A DNA stretch of 64,000 nucleotides. Origin: an uncultured Acidobacteriota bacterium. Its GTDB lineage: Bacteria; Acidobacteriota; UBA6911; RPQK01; JAPXNP01. Below the pieces are notes generated by a model. The model worked only from the letters and a program-made list of their open reading frames with translations. It did not search any database and was not told the origin of the DNA. The translations under genes were made by a program, and so were the position numbers. The stretch lies in NCBI GenBank assembly GCA_963777605.1, contig CAVZRV010000027.1, forward strand, positions 96,001-160,000, read 5' to 3'. This document shows positions 20,052-30,468 of the stretch, in pieces; position 1 is the stretch's first letter, and each line of letters starts with the position of its first letter.

Positions 20052-21551
20052 ATGGACCACTTCCCCCGATCTCTTCTTCTGCTTTTACTGTTGCTGACAG
20101 CCGCCCCAGTGCTCGGAAGCCCGAGTTCAGGGCCTCCCAATATCGTGATCATCCTGGCCGACGACATGGGGTACGGGGACGTTCACGCACTAAATCCTCA
20201 ATCCACGATTCCGACCCCGAACCTCGACCGGCTCGCCTCCGCCGGGATGACCTTCACCGATGGCCACTCGCCCTCGGCCGTCTGCACTCCGACCCGCTAC
20301 GGACTACTGACCGGCCGATATGCCTGGCGCACTCGCCTGAAGAGCGGCGTTCTGGGAGGCTACAGCCGTCCACTCCTCGAACCCGACCGCTTGACGATCG
20401 CCGGGATGCTCAAACGGGCGGGCTACAGGACAGCAGCGATCGGGAAATGGCACCTGGGAATGCAACTCCCGCTCAAGCCCGGGGAACAATTCGATGACGG
20501 GTGGGACGGTGATCCGGGCGTCGATTTCACACGTCCGATCACCGACAGTCCGATCCATCACGGGTTCGATAGCTTTTTCGGTGTCACAGCATCCCTGGAC
20601 ATGCCCCCTTACGTATTTGTACGAGACGATCACTTCGATTCGGTGCCCGATCTCGAACAGCAAGCTGTCCCTTTCCCGCATTACATTCGCCGGGGACCCC
20701 GATCGAGCGACTTCGTGGTCGACGAGGTCTTGGACCGATTGAAGGACGAGGCCGTTCGGGTCATCGAAAATGCCGCGGCGACTCCTCAGCCACTGTTCCT
20801 TTACCTGGCATTGACCGCCCCCCACAAACCAGCTCAACCCCATGCCCGATTCCGGGGTACGACCGGACTCGGAGAGTACGGAGATTTCGTTTCCCAGGTG
20901 GATTGGACTGTCGGAGCGGTTCTCGAAGCGCTCGACCGCGCCGGGATGAGAGACAACACACTGGTCTTCTTCACTTCTGACAACGGTTCCTACATGTATT
21001 CCTTCAACGAGAGCGAAAATACCGATCACGTTGACGACCCGGGCGAGCAGGGTTACTTCCCCCGCCACCACCGTGCCAACGGACCGTTTCGCGGCACCAA
21101 GGCGGACATCTGGGAAGGGGGCCATCACGTCCCCCTGCTGGCGCGCTGGCCTGGTCGAGTCCGTCCCGGCTCGACCTGCCCGTCCACAGTTGCCCTGGTT
21201 GACCTGTTCGCGACTTGCGCTGAGGTTGTCGGCGTCAAGGTCGACGGTGGGGCGGCTGAAGACAGTTATTCGCTCGTCCGGATGTTGAACGGAGAGAACG
21301 TGTCCCGCCCGGTCCCCGTCATTCACCACTCCATCGATGGCATGTTTTCGATCCGGGAGGGCAACTGGAAGCTCGTCCTGGGTAACGGATCGGGGGGTCG
21401 CGAGGCACCGGCCGGCAAGCCCTTCCAGAAGCCCTACCAGCTCTACGACCTGTCTAACGACATTGGAGAGACACGGGACCTGGCATCTCAGCATCCGGAA
21501 GTCGTGAATCGATTGACTGCCCACCTGGAGTCGATCCGAGGCGAGGACTAA
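20052..21551 (+). CDS. Arylsulfatase (Cys-type formylglycine sulfatase), secreted
   Basis: Signal peptide, PNIVIILADDMG, CTPTR, GKWHLG and FTSDNG motifs. Confidence 0.95.
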   Translation: MDHFPRSLLLLLLLLTAAPVLGSPSSGPPNIVIILADDMGYGDVHALNPQSTIPTPNLDRLASAGMTFTDGHSPSAVCTPTRYGLLTGRYAWRTRLKSGVLGGYSRPLLEPDRLTIAGMLKRAGYRTAAIGKWHLGMQLPLKPGEQFDDGWDGDPGVDFTRPITDSPIHHGFDSFFGVTASLDMPPYVFVRDDHFDSVPDLEQQAVPFPHYIRRGPRSSDFVVDEVLDRLKDEAVRVIENAAATPQPLFLYLALTAPHKPAQPHARFRGTTGLGEYGDFVSQVDWTVGAVLEALDRAGMRDNTLVFFTSDNGSYMYSFNESENTDHVDDPGEQGYFPRHHRANGPFRGTKADIWEGGHHVPLLARWPGRVRPGSTCPSTVALVDLFATCAEVVGVKVDGGAAEDSYSLVRMLNGENVSRPVPVIHHSIDGMFSIREGNWKLVLGNGSGGREAPAGKPFQKPYQLYDLSNDIGETRDLASQHPEVVNRLTAHLESIRGED

Positions 21552-21565
21552 TTTGTAGTTGAGTC

Positions 21566-21884
21566 ACGAATCCCATCTGGGGTGCGGAAGCGAAAGGGTC
21601 CGCCTTTTCAAGGTCTGGGAACCCTGCGGATGGGTTCAGGAAGCGGAAGCTTCCGTTGCCTCCCGTTCGGGCATTCCACTTCATATTTCGGTTTCGCACT
21701 TTGACTTCGGCATTCGTGTTCGCCGTTCTGGATTGTCGGGTTCCACGTTCAAAGTTCCATGTTTTATGGGCCCCGGAACCAGGCGGTCTGAGGGTGTTTC
21801 ACAGCTTTGCCGGCACGGGGGAAGCTTTCGCTTCCCTGGCGACCAGCCAGCAGTCAAAGCGGAACCTCTCGGGTCCCCACTCCA
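21566..21884. repeat. Intergenic REP-doublet-like element, copy 2 (complete)
   Basis: Left unit TGGGGTGCGGAAGCGAAAGGGTCCGCCTTTT (21578-21608); inverted right unit AAAGCGGAACCTCTCGGGTCCCCACTCCA (21856-21884). Confidence 0.8.
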
Positions 21885-21920
21885 CAGGAAGTTTCCGGTA
21901 CACCCCAAGTCGGAGGCGAT

Positions 21921-24356
21921 TCAGAATCTTACCGTCGACCGCCCCGCAGGCAGTGCCTTCGTCTGGCCCATCCACTCAAATGTCCCTTCGATTCCGGCCG
22001 GCAGCATAACCTCCCCGGTCAACCGATCCCCGTCGATGTCGAGTTGCACCGAGACTTCTCCGCCGGGATGCGGAACTCGTCCAGAAAGCTTGCGCAGTTC
22101 TCCCGGAAACGGGCGAATCACCACCTTTTCGAACCCTGGTGCCGCCGAATCGACTCCCAGTACCGTTCTAAATATCTCGATATTCGGATGGGCACTCCAG
22201 GCATGACAATCGGATCGCGCCGGGTTGCCTGCACCCTCCGGTCGCTCAGCCCAGGTCGTCAGTCCCGAGTCAAGCATCGTCTGCCAGTCCCCCAGAAGCT
22301 TCAGGTAGCGATCCCCCTCACCCACCTGGATCACCGCCCGGTTGAGGTAGTAGCGGAAGTAGTAAGAGGCCTGAGCCAGCGTCTTGTCATCCAGCATTCT
22401 CAGCACGAGCTCCCGGGCATCGCTTCCCTTGATGACTCCGGCAATCACCGCGAGAGCGTTCGCGTGCTGGGAGAAGGTATTCTTCGCGGGAGTGTCGGCG
22501 AACAGCTTCCGGTCGGAACTCCAGTAGAGCCGCGGGATGGAATCGGTCAGGCTTCGCGCCAGGGACCGGCTCTCCTCCGCCCGCGCGGCGGAACCCAGCG
22601 AGGCCTCGAGGTCGGCCGACCATTGTGCGGCCAAGAGCAACTGGAGGTCCAGAGGGGAGGAGGACCCGGCCGATCCGGCGGGCGGTTCTCCGCTTGGCCA
22701 CTCCGTAACCCAATCGACGAAACTCCACCACGGCAGCGGCCCCAGCGAATTCTCCGGCTTCAGGCGCTCGGTGAAGAACTCCAGTACTGCACGCACGCCA
22801 GGCAGGCAACTGCGCACGAAGTCCGGGTCGTCCTGGTACATCCAATAGTCGTGAACCATCCCGATCCACCAAAGCGAGAACGGCGTGATGAACTGCTGCT
22901 GGCGGGTGGGCGCACGGCTCATCGTCACCCCGTCCGGAACCCTCGATGCGTCCAGTTGCGCGATCGCATTCCGCGCCAGGCGGCCGTCGCCCGAGTTGAA
23001 ATAGGAGATCAGGGCCTGAATCCGGGTGTCTCCCACGTACTGCAACTGCTCGTAATAGGGGCAGTCCATGTAGCTCTCGTGGGCGCACAGCCGGGCTGTC
23101 CTCCAGCCGACTTCCAGCAGTTGGTCAACAAATCCGGATTCAGACCTGAAAATGCCGTTCCGTTCGAAGGGGTAGCCGGTGTGGACGCTGCGCAGATCGT
23201 TCACCGTCAGCGGGTCCGCTCCGGTTTCAATCCGCAGCTCCACGTAGCGCCAGGTCCTCCACCAGAGCGGCCGGAACAGCCGATTCTGTCCACCCTCGAA
23301 CTCCAGTCGGTCGTAGTAGCCGACGAATTCCTTTCCGTCGATTTCGTTTCGGTTCCCCTTGTCGCCTCGACGTGCTCCCGGATTGTATAGGGCCTCCGCG
23401 TACCCCATCGTGAGAGATCCTCCCCGGCCGCCACTGACTTCCAGTTCGGGGTAGCCGGTTGTCAAAACGCCCTGATCGAGCAGGATGGTTGCCCTGGTGT
23501 GTGGAGGTACCGTCAGCGCAACCGCCTCTTCCGGGAACCCTGAGGGGATCTTCACGCCCGCTGCCGACCTCACCTCTTTGAAACGCTGGGGACTCTCCGC
23601 CATCGGCGGAATCGTCCGGGGAATCAGCATCCATCGATTGCCCGCATCCCGAATCATCCGCGGCGATCCGTGACTGCGCTCGTCGGTCACCGCGCTGGGC
23701 CAACCCCGGTCGTCAAACTCGGGCTCCTCCCAACCCCAGGGGTAGCGACCCGCGTCAACATCTTCACCGGGACCGGCCACGAAGTAGCCCCGCATCTGGG
23801 CGTGGGTGAATGGAATCGGCTTGTAAGCCGGGTCCTTCAGGCATTTCCAGGAGGCGTCCGTGTCGACGACGCGCTCTGGCCCGTCGTCTCCCTGCAGGAG
23901 AAAGGCCGTCCGGTTGGTGACCTGCGCCTCGGGTGCGTACTGCGCAAAATTCCAAACCACCGCGGCCAGTTGATTATTGCCGGCGTGCAGCCACGGTGAC
24001 AGGTCAACCGTCTCGTACCTCCACTGGAAAAGACTCCCCCGGGCCGGTCCCCAAGCGGCCCGGTGCCCGTTGACAAACAGTTGGTAACGGTTGTCGGCAC
24101 TGACATGAACCACGAAACGGTCTGGTCTCTCCGACAGAGTGAATTGCTTTCGGAAGTGGTAAACCCCGAAAACCGACGGGGATTCGCCGGCCGGGTAGAT
24201 CCAGCGCGCCGACCAGAGGCCGTTCAAGAGTTCCGGGTTGATCCCAGGCTCCCCGGCCCGGGGTCCGGCCTGACCGAACGCGGCCGGTGACCCGCAAGTC
24301 ATCAATACGGCCACGAACACGACGGAAGCAACCATCCGAAAAAGCGTCGATCTCAT
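21921..24356 (-). CDS. Alpha-L-rhamnosidase-like glycoside hydrolase (GH78), secreted
   Basis: [30 protein letters not shown] and RSDCHAWS motifs; GGAGG RBS before ATG 24356. Confidence 0.88.
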   Translation of the reverse strand: MRSTLFRMVASVVFVAVLMTCGSPAAFGQAGPRAGEPGINPELLNGLWSARWIYPAGESPSVFGVYHFRKQFTLSERPDRFVVHVSADNRYQLFVNGHRAAWGPARGSLFQWRYETVDLSPWLHAGNNQLAAVVWNFAQYAPEAQVTNRTAFLLQGDDGPERVVDTDASWKCLKDPAYKPIPFTHAQMRGYFVAGPGEDVDAGRYPWGWEEPEFDDRGWPSAVTDERSHGSPRMIRDAGNRWMLIPRTIPPMAESPQRFKEVRSAAGVKIPSGFPEEAVALTVPPHTRATILLDQGVLTTGYPELEVSGGRGGSLTMGYAEALYNPGARRGDKGNRNEIDGKEFVGYYDRLEFEGGQNRLFRPLWWRTWRYVELRIETGADPLTVNDLRSVHTGYPFERNGIFRSESGFVDQLLEVGWRTARLCAHESYMDCPYYEQLQYVGDTRIQALISYFNSGDGRLARNAIAQLDASRVPDGVTMSRAPTRQQQFITPFSLWWIGMVHDYWMYQDDPDFVRSCLPGVRAVLEFFTERLKPENSLGPLPWWSFVDWVTEWPSGEPPAGSAGSSSPLDLQLLLAAQWSADLEASLGSAARAEESRSLARSLTDSIPRLYWSSDRKLFADTPAKNTFSQHANALAVIAGVIKGSDARELVLRMLDDKTLAQASYYFRYYLNRAVIQVGEGDRYLKLLGDWQTMLDSGLTTWAERPEGAGNPARSDCHAWSAHPNIEIFRTVLGVDSAAPGFEKVVIRPFPGELRKLSGRVPHPGGEVSVQLDIDGDRLTGEVMLPAGIEGTFEWMGQTKALPAGRSTVRF

Positions 24357-24483
24357 GATTCCCTCCAAGGTCCGCCCGATCATACCAGCCTTTCCGGAAA
24401 AATCGAGGACCGTCAGCCAATTAGCACCAGACCTCAAGAAAAACCTTTTATTTGCTGACACTTAGACTGCTGAACGGGGCGTG

Positions 24484-25326
24484 TCACCGATTTTCGAAGC
24501 GGACGCGGGTGAACGTCTCGGGGATGTGGGAATCGTAGTAGCCATGTCGATTCCAGGTCCAACCGGCGCTTCGCTCCAGAGGCGTGCCGTTGGGCCCGAA
24601 CTTCTGAAAACGGGAGCAGTCGATTCTCCAGATGTCGCCGGGGTGGGGGGGCAGTGCCCGGCCGTCCGCCAACAGCTTCATGCCTTCCCAGGGCAGCGCC
24701 AGTTCGACCTCCCAGCCGCGGTCCCGGTCGTGCGGCTGGTTCAAAGTCCCGCTGACGTGAACTGCGTGGCGGAGCCCGGGGAAATCCCAATCGAGAAAGC
24801 CAATCCGCTCGCCTCGCGGATGAACGTGGCCCCCGACCCCGGAGAGCCTCATGGTGCGATGATTCTGTGGCTGAAACTCAGGCAGGTCATACAGACCGGA
24901 ACCCGGCTGAAAGGTGTCGAGCCAGAGCCAGAAGACCTCGTAGATCGTGTTCTTGGCATTCAGTTCGAGCTCGTAGTAAGCATCCTTCCCCGCGACAAAG
25001 AATTCAACGTCATTGTCCGTGTAGATCAGCGAGTCACGTTCCGACAGCGATGCCTCGACGGCCGGTTCGGCCAGCCGATAGCCAACATAAAGATTCTGGT
25101 CGTCCCAGGCCAGCGCAACACGACTGGAAAACCAGGCCGGTTCACCTGAGACAATATCCACGAACGAAGTCGAGAATGCGGCCTGAGACCAGGTCACCTC
25201 GTCCAGCCTCCCATCGATGGTCACCGGGGAGGCAGCCCGGTAACAGACATACTCTTGAGGCTCGGGAAACGACCGGGCGAGGTGCATCGTGGAAACGAGA
25301 AGGAGCGCGGTCGCGAGGAACTTCAT
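24484..25326 (-). CDS. Carbohydrate-binding family 9-like protein
   Basis: Signal peptide, IDGRLDE..W, WDDQNLY, DNDVEFF and WEVELALPW motifs. Confidence 0.8.
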   Translation of the reverse strand: MKFLATALLLVSTMHLARSFPEPQEYVCYRAASPVTIDGRLDEVTWSQAAFSTSFVDIVSGEPAWFSSRVALAWDDQNLYVGYRLAEPAVEASLSERDSLIYTDNDVEFFVAGKDAYYELELNAKNTIYEVFWLWLDTFQPGSGLYDLPEFQPQNHRTMRLSGVGGHVHPRGERIGFLDWDFPGLRHAVHVSGTLNQPHDRDRGWEVELALPWEGMKLLADGRALPPHPGDIWRIDCSRFQKFGPNGTPLERSAGWTWNRHGYYDSHIPETFTRVRFENR

Positions 25327-25623
25327 TGCCTGTCTTCCTGACGGAGCGTCTCAACAACGCTGCAAAGGCATCGTAGACGCCTGATCGTGTTTCGTCAACG
25401 CTTCTTCAGGCGGACTTTTCATCGCCGATTGGAACTATCGGCGGAAACTCAGAAGAGATTTCTGCTTTCGTTGGCAGAGCCCTTGAGCGACTGGGTCATC
25501 CCAGCAATTGACCGAAGGCTGACGTTCAGCAGGCATGAATCTCCGGGTCTGAACAGCAACACACTCACGCATGAATCCTGAAGTCCCGGAACTGTATGAA
25601 TGACTCCGGGAAAGCCGGCCCGG

Positions 25624-26310
25624 TTAGAGGATTTCGATGGGGTAACGTTGGAACGATCGGAGACCCAAGGCAAAGTCGCCCCCCGCCGCCTTCCCCCGGA
25701 ACGCAGCGATCGCTTCCTTGGCCTGAACCGCGGCAGCGACAGACCGGGAGTCCTCGCCGAGAACGAGAGCCATGAGCCTGCCCAACCACGACGCCGCGTC
25801 AGACCAGACATCACTGATGTCGACATAGGTGTCCGGCTCGAACCCGATCGTATGACGGGGACCGTTGTCGTAGTAGTAGAGCCGGGCAGGTCTCCTGACA
25901 TCAGGCCTGTTGAGCACAGCCGCCGACCATTGGAAGGCGATCTTGCTCAACTCGGAAACGACTTCGTGGTCCGGATGGGTATCGTGCGGCCAGAGCATCA
26001 GTCCGAGATCGGGTTTCACATCGGCGACCACGTCGCAGACCGCCCGCTTCGAGACATCGTCGAGCGGGATCCCCATCGACTTGTAGCCGAGGAACCGCAT
26101 ATCGATACCCCGTTCTTGTCCGAGCCGCCGGGTTCCTTCAATCAGTATGTTCTGTCGTGCTTCTCCGACCGGAGCCCAGTTGGTGTAGTCCCCGATGACG
26201 GAGAGAGCCGTCACCTTGTAACCGCTCCGTGCCGCCTTGAGAAGGAGCCCCGGGACTCCGAACACGCAGTCATCGTAGTGCGCTCCAATTGCGAGCAGAT
26301 TCTTACTCAT
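25624..26310 (-). CDS. PIG-L/LmbE family deacetylase
   Basis: AIGAHYDD and HPDH metal motifs, YVDISD. Confidence 0.85.
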   Translation of the reverse strand: MSKNLLAIGAHYDDCVFGVPGLLLKAARSGYKVTALSVIGDYTNWAPVGEARQNILIEGTRRLGQERGIDMRFLGYKSMGIPLDDVSKRAVCDVVADVKPDLGLMLWPHDTHPDHEVVSELSKIAFQWSAAVLNRPDVRRPARLYYYDNGPRHTIGFEPDTYVDISDVWSDAASWLGRLMALVLGEDSRSVAAAVQAKEAIAAFRGKAAGGDFALGLRSFQRYPIEIL

Positions 26311-26371
26311 AGGCCCTCCGATTGCCGAACCTTACACGCAGCGGGTTGCAGCACACAAGCCCCTGAACAAC

Positions 26372-26845
26372 TCACCGACTGCGCTGAGGTGTGATCGACC
26401 CGTGGTAGTGATAGACCTTCCAGGTGTCACCCGCCCGGGTCCACAGGATGGTCGCCCGGCCTTCGATCCGACGGGTGGAGCCGTCGGCCTGAAGCTGGAC
26501 CTGGGTCCAGGTTCCGGTCTGGAGCGCCCGGTCGCCGTCTACGTCGATCTTCATGTCGTCGTTGAACTCAAAAGAGGTCAGCCGGGAGTTTCTGGTTGCC
26601 GCCTGCCAAACTCGTTTCAGTCGATCAATGCCGACCAGGGGGCCTTCGTTGATGTCGTAGTAGACGTTCGACGGGCTCGAATCGAAGGTCCGGTCGAGAA
26701 CGGAGAGATCGCCTGCCACGACAGCGGAACAGAACTCGTCCGTCAACTGGCGAAGCGTTGCTTCGTCCTTACTTGCGGCGGCCAAAGCGCCGGGGCCCAC
26801 CGTCACAACGAGACAGATTACCCAAAAGGCTCGCAGAACATTCAT
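26372..26845 (-). CDS. Secreted NTF2/SnoaL-like protein
   Basis: Signal peptide; F..AV..GD, GRATILW and WKVYHYHGS pattern. Confidence 0.75.
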   Translation of the reverse strand: MNVLRAFWVICLVVTVGPGALAAASKDEATLRQLTDEFCSAVVAGDLSVLDRTFDSSPSNVYYDINEGPLVGIDRLKRVWQAATRNSRLTSFEFNDDMKIDVDGDRALQTGTWTQVQLQADGSTRRIEGRATILWTRAGDTWKVYHYHGSITPQRSR

Positions 26846-26980
26846 CGGTCTTCTCCGAATACGAAAGAGGGTTTGGACTCAGTAGAAACCGGGATAGATT
26901 CCCTATTGCCGCCCATTGTACCAGTCGATTCTTGCCACGAAAAATTTGACCCGCTTTTGAATGTCTGCTACAGAACTGTC

Positions 26981-28309
26981 ATGAAGAAAGAAACCCGTCG
27001 TGAACTCCTCAAGAAGGCATCCATGGCCTCGGCAATTTCACTCTTGCCGAGGGGCTTTTCACGTTCTGTGAAGGGGGCCAACGAGAAGATCCTCCTCGCC
27101 CTGATCGGGGGCCGCAATCGCGGTAAAGACATCGCGCTCAGTTCGATCCGGGATGGCGCCGAGATCAAGACCTTCTGCGATATTGATGATGCGATCCTCG
27201 AAAAGACGGGAGCTGAAATCACCGCCCTCCAGCAGCGCAAGCCCGAGTACGAAAAGGATTTTCGAAGAGTTCTCGACGATCCCGAAATCGACGGGGTGCT
27301 GATCGCTACGCCCGATCACTGGCACGCCTACCTGGTCATGGCCGCGTGCCAGGCGGGGAAAGACATCTACGTCGAGAAACCCCTTTGCCAGACGATTGAA
27401 GAAGGCCACCTGATGCGGGACGCGGCCCGGCACTACAAGCGGATCGTCCAGGTCGGCACGCAGCGTCGCAGTGCCGCCCACTACAAGAGCGCGGTCGATT
27501 ACGTTGCGGCGGGAAAACTCGGAAAAGTCTGCCTGATGAAGGGATGGATGTGCCAGGTTCGCCAGAGCATCGGAAATCCCCCCGACCAGGATCCGCCCAA
27601 GGGCGTTGACTACGATCGCTGGCTAGGCCCTGCCCCGAAGCGAGCCTTCAACCCGATGAGATTTCACTACAACTGGCGGTTCTTCTGGGATTACGGCAAC
27701 AGTGAACTGGGCAACCAGGGTATCCACATGCTCGACATCGCACTCTGGGCCATCTCGGAGATGCGCGGTTCCGACCGGAATTTGCCCACCCATGTCAGCG
27801 GACACGGCGGGATCTACTGGCTCGATGATGCCAAGGAGGTTCCCGACACCCAGTCCATCACGTTCGATTACGGCGATCTGATGCTGGTCTGGGAACTCCG
27901 CAGTTTCCAGAGCCTTCACCCGATCGAGGGAACTACGGCGGGCACGGCATTTTACGGAACCGACGGAACTCTCGTCATCGATCACCGGGACTGGACGGTA
28001 TACGGTCCCGACGGGAAGGTGGCCAAGAAAGTCACTGCGTCCTCTGAAGAACCGGTCATGGGGAGGGAAGGCGGGCGTTCCCACACGCGCCATTTCCTGG
28101 ACTCCATCAAGTCCCGTTCGCTTCCCAACGCCGACATTGAAGTTGGGCGCCGAAGCACGGTCCTCTGCCACCTCGGCAACATTTCGTACCACCTCGGCAG
28201 GGACGTCCGATTCGATCCCGAGACGGAAACGTTCGGCGACGACCGGGAAGCCAACGCGCGGCTCACAAAAGAGTACCGTGCGCCTTGGGAACTGCCCAAG
28301 ATCGGCTGA
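26981..28309 (+). CDS. Gfo/Idh/MocA oxidoreductase with Tat-like signal
   Basis: TRRELLK, IATPDHWH, YVEKP, QVGTQRRS, WLGPAP and HMLD motifs; ATG at 26981. Confidence 0.92.
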   Translation: MKKETRRELLKKASMASAISLLPRGFSRSVKGANEKILLALIGGRNRGKDIALSSIRDGAEIKTFCDIDDAILEKTGAEITALQQRKPEYEKDFRRVLDDPEIDGVLIATPDHWHAYLVMAACQAGKDIYVEKPLCQTIEEGHLMRDAARHYKRIVQVGTQRRSAAHYKSAVDYVAAGKLGKVCLMKGWMCQVRQSIGNPPDQDPPKGVDYDRWLGPAPKRAFNPMRFHYNWRFFWDYGNSELGNQGIHMLDIALWAISEMRGSDRNLPTHVSGHGGIYWLDDAKEVPDTQSITFDYGDLMLVWELRSFQSLHPIEGTTAGTAFYGTDGTLVIDHRDWTVYGPDGKVAKKVTASSEEPVMGREGGRSHTRHFLDSIKSRSLPNADIEVGRRSTVLCHLGNISYHLGRDVRFDPETETFGDDREANARLTKEYRAPWELPKIG

Positions 28310-28318
28310 ACGGGTAAA

Positions 28319-28360
28319 GGTTCCTGGTTCCTGGTTCCTGGTTCCTGGTTCCTGGTTCCT
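28319..28360. repeat. (GGTTCCT)x6 perfect heptamer tandem repeat
   Basis: Six exact copies starting 9 nt after the stop codon at 28309. Confidence 0.95.
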
Positions 28361-28449
28361 GGGCGGAGCTTAATCCAGGCAGCCCTGCCTGGGATGTCGG
28401 CCGGGCAGCTTGCCCGGCCAGTCCCGCCTCAAACCTGAAACTTCAAGCA

Positions 28450-28580
28450 GGAGGAACTGGAAGATACCGCATCGGTTCCCCGATAGGTGCTCCAATCCAA
28501 CTAGACCCTCTCCGGTTCCTCCAGACCCCTCCAGTTCTTCCAGATCCTCCAGTTCCTCCAGACTTTCCCATTCTTCCAGC
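28450..28580. repeat. Degenerate 9-mer tandem repeat (TCCAGwTCC) with an upstream inverted partial copy
   Basis: About seven units at 28511-28580; GGAGGAACTGGAAGA at ~28450-28464 is complementary to the array. Confidence 0.7.
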
Positions 28581-28628
28581 ACAGCAAAGACGGTCAATTG
28601 CAGCAGAACTTGCTATGATCAGTACCGT

Positions 28629-30296
28629 ATGCCGCGGATCGTGGTGCTCCTGTTGATCCTGTCTTCTCCGGCCTTTCCAGCAGGCCGGCCGACCAACCAG
28701 GAATTGGCTGAACACTACGCCCCAGTTATCTACCAGGAAGCCCATTCCGAAGTTCTCGACTTCATCACCCGGTTCGATTTCGATGGAGACTGGGACGGCT
28801 CTAACAACTGGCGGAACGCCTACAGCTTCGATCTCAACGCCTACGTCTACTACGGAGTCATTGAAACCACCCGTCAATACTTCATCACCTATGCATTTTT
28901 TCACCCCCGGGACTATACGGCTCAGCCGATGGAAGGCTACGCCCCCAAGATGGAGCACGAGAACGACATGGAGGGGTGCACGCTTCTGGTCAAGAAGGAC
29001 AAGTCGCGGTGGGGCGTTCCACTGGTTCTTGAAACGCTGGCGCACGACCACTTCTATGTCTATACCAATTCGTCGGTTCGGGACGTCGCTCCCCGGAATG
29101 TTCAGCCCAGCGGATCAATCGTATTCGTTCCGCGAAGTCCGGGTGCCGGCGACGAAGTGCCCGCCGTGTTCGTTGAGGCCGAGGGTCACGGAGTCCGGGG
29201 GGCAGGAGACGAGATACTGCGGGACGGGTTCGAACACCCCGGGATCATCTACCGGCTGGACGGCAGGGGGTCCGAACTCCCAGAGAGCAACCGCGATCAG
29301 GACGTCAGCTACCAACTGGTCGCGATTGAAAGCAGCCTCTGGCCCCGCCGCCACGACGTCGGAGAATCCTCCACCTATTGCTGCGGCGCCGACTACAGCC
29401 TGGCCGAGGGCGGGTACGCCCGCTGGGGAGACTCCTTCAACGGCCCGATAGGCGGATGTGCTGCTCGCCCGCCCTGGGGTTGGGACCAGGCCAATGACGG
29501 TCCCATTGAGAAAGGGGACTGGTTCCGGGATCCCGCCCGGACATTCGGATACCAACTCAACATCGGAGGCCTCGGCGGCGGCTACCTTCACAATCCCTAC
29601 CTGGAAGAGCCCGACCCGGTTGCGGGCATCCCCCGCTGCAGTGGGGCAACGACTTCGAGCCGGACTGTGAAGGAATCCGTCATTGGGGCTCTCCTCGGAA
29701 TCGGAACCGAGATTCTCTCCGGTGGACTCAACCGGGAGGATATCAAGAGCCGGGCCAGCGCGCTGTTCCTGGGCGGTGCTACCCTTCTCGAGTGGTCCCC
29801 GTCGAATATCAGGAACAACTGGGTTGGAGTCGAAGCCCAGCCTGCGACGGAACCGAGTACTGCATCCCCGTCGGCCCGGAACGAGACAGCGCGGAGGCGC
29901 GATGACCTTCTCCAACTCAGTACGACGTTCAGCATATCGAGTCCTCCCCTGCGGGCTCCCGCCCGCTATTTCGACCGATTGGCGATGCTCTACCGGTGCA
30001 GCGGAGCCGACAGAAACCTTCAGGCGTCCTGGCTTACCGATGCCATGGAAACCTTCGACAGCGATCATTCCGTCCCGGTTACTCTTCAGTGTTCCGGCGA
30101 GTGGAAAGCTCAGTCGGTTGCGCTTGACTCCTCGATAGCCTGGGACAAGGAGAGTTCGATCGTCCAGTTTCGCCTCGAGGAGAAAACGGAATCCCCGTCG
30201 GGAGGATCCGCGCAACCTTCCGATGCGGTGGCTCCAATTGAGATCCGCTACGTTGTGTTGGATCGGCGAGCGTTCGCGGACACCTTCGTCCGATAG
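28629..30296 (+). CDS. Secreted hypothetical protein with an NPP1/Vps62-like N-terminal domain
   Basis: Signal peptide; LAEHYAPVIYQ, YVYY, YAFFHPRD, HENDMEG, EGHG and PPWGWD motifs. Confidence 0.65.
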   Translation: MPRIVVLLLILSSPAFPAGRPTNQELAEHYAPVIYQEAHSEVLDFITRFDFDGDWDGSNNWRNAYSFDLNAYVYYGVIETTRQYFITYAFFHPRDYTAQPMEGYAPKMEHENDMEGCTLLVKKDKSRWGVPLVLETLAHDHFYVYTNSSVRDVAPRNVQPSGSIVFVPRSPGAGDEVPAVFVEAEGHGVRGAGDEILRDGFEHPGIIYRLDGRGSELPESNRDQDVSYQLVAIESSLWPRRHDVGESSTYCCGADYSLAEGGYARWGDSFNGPIGGCAARPPWGWDQANDGPIEKGDWFRDPARTFGYQLNIGGLGGGYLHNPYLEEPDPVAGIPRCSGATTSSRTVKESVIGALLGIGTEILSGGLNREDIKSRASALFLGGATLLEWSPSNIRNNWVGVEAQPATEPSTASPSARNETARRRDDLLQLSTTFSISSPPLRAPARYFDRLAMLYRCSGADRNLQASWLTDAMETFDSDHSVPVTLQCSGEWKAQSVALDSSIAWDKESSIVQFRLEEKTESPSGGSAQPSDAVAPIEIRYVVLDRRAFADTFVR

Positions 30297-30468
30297 TCCG
30301 CTACCGGGTCCGGAATCGACAGGAGTCATTTTCTCCCGTCACCCGTGTTCCTCAATCTCTGTTCGGAAGCCGAGTGATTCCTCCGCCGAGAACCGCGTGG
30401 CCCCTGGAAAGTCACTTTCCTGGAAGGGCACGCTTGTGCCGGGATGGAGGTTAGCCTATTTTGGGGAA

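Noticed and set aside
21807-23390. Long antisense ORFs (also 16954-18522, 20304-21524, 29115-30329, 57602-58819 and others)
   Set aside because: Shadow ORFs opposite well-supported genes, as expected in GC-rich DNA with few stop codons.
26402-26980. 635-aa version of the second Gfo/Idh/MocA ORF
   Set aside because: The extension overlaps the opposite-strand NTF2-like gene; the Tat-like signal begins at ATG 26981.
28319-28580. CRISPR array
   Set aside because: Units are 7-9 nt in tandem with no unique spacers, and there are no cas genes in the window.
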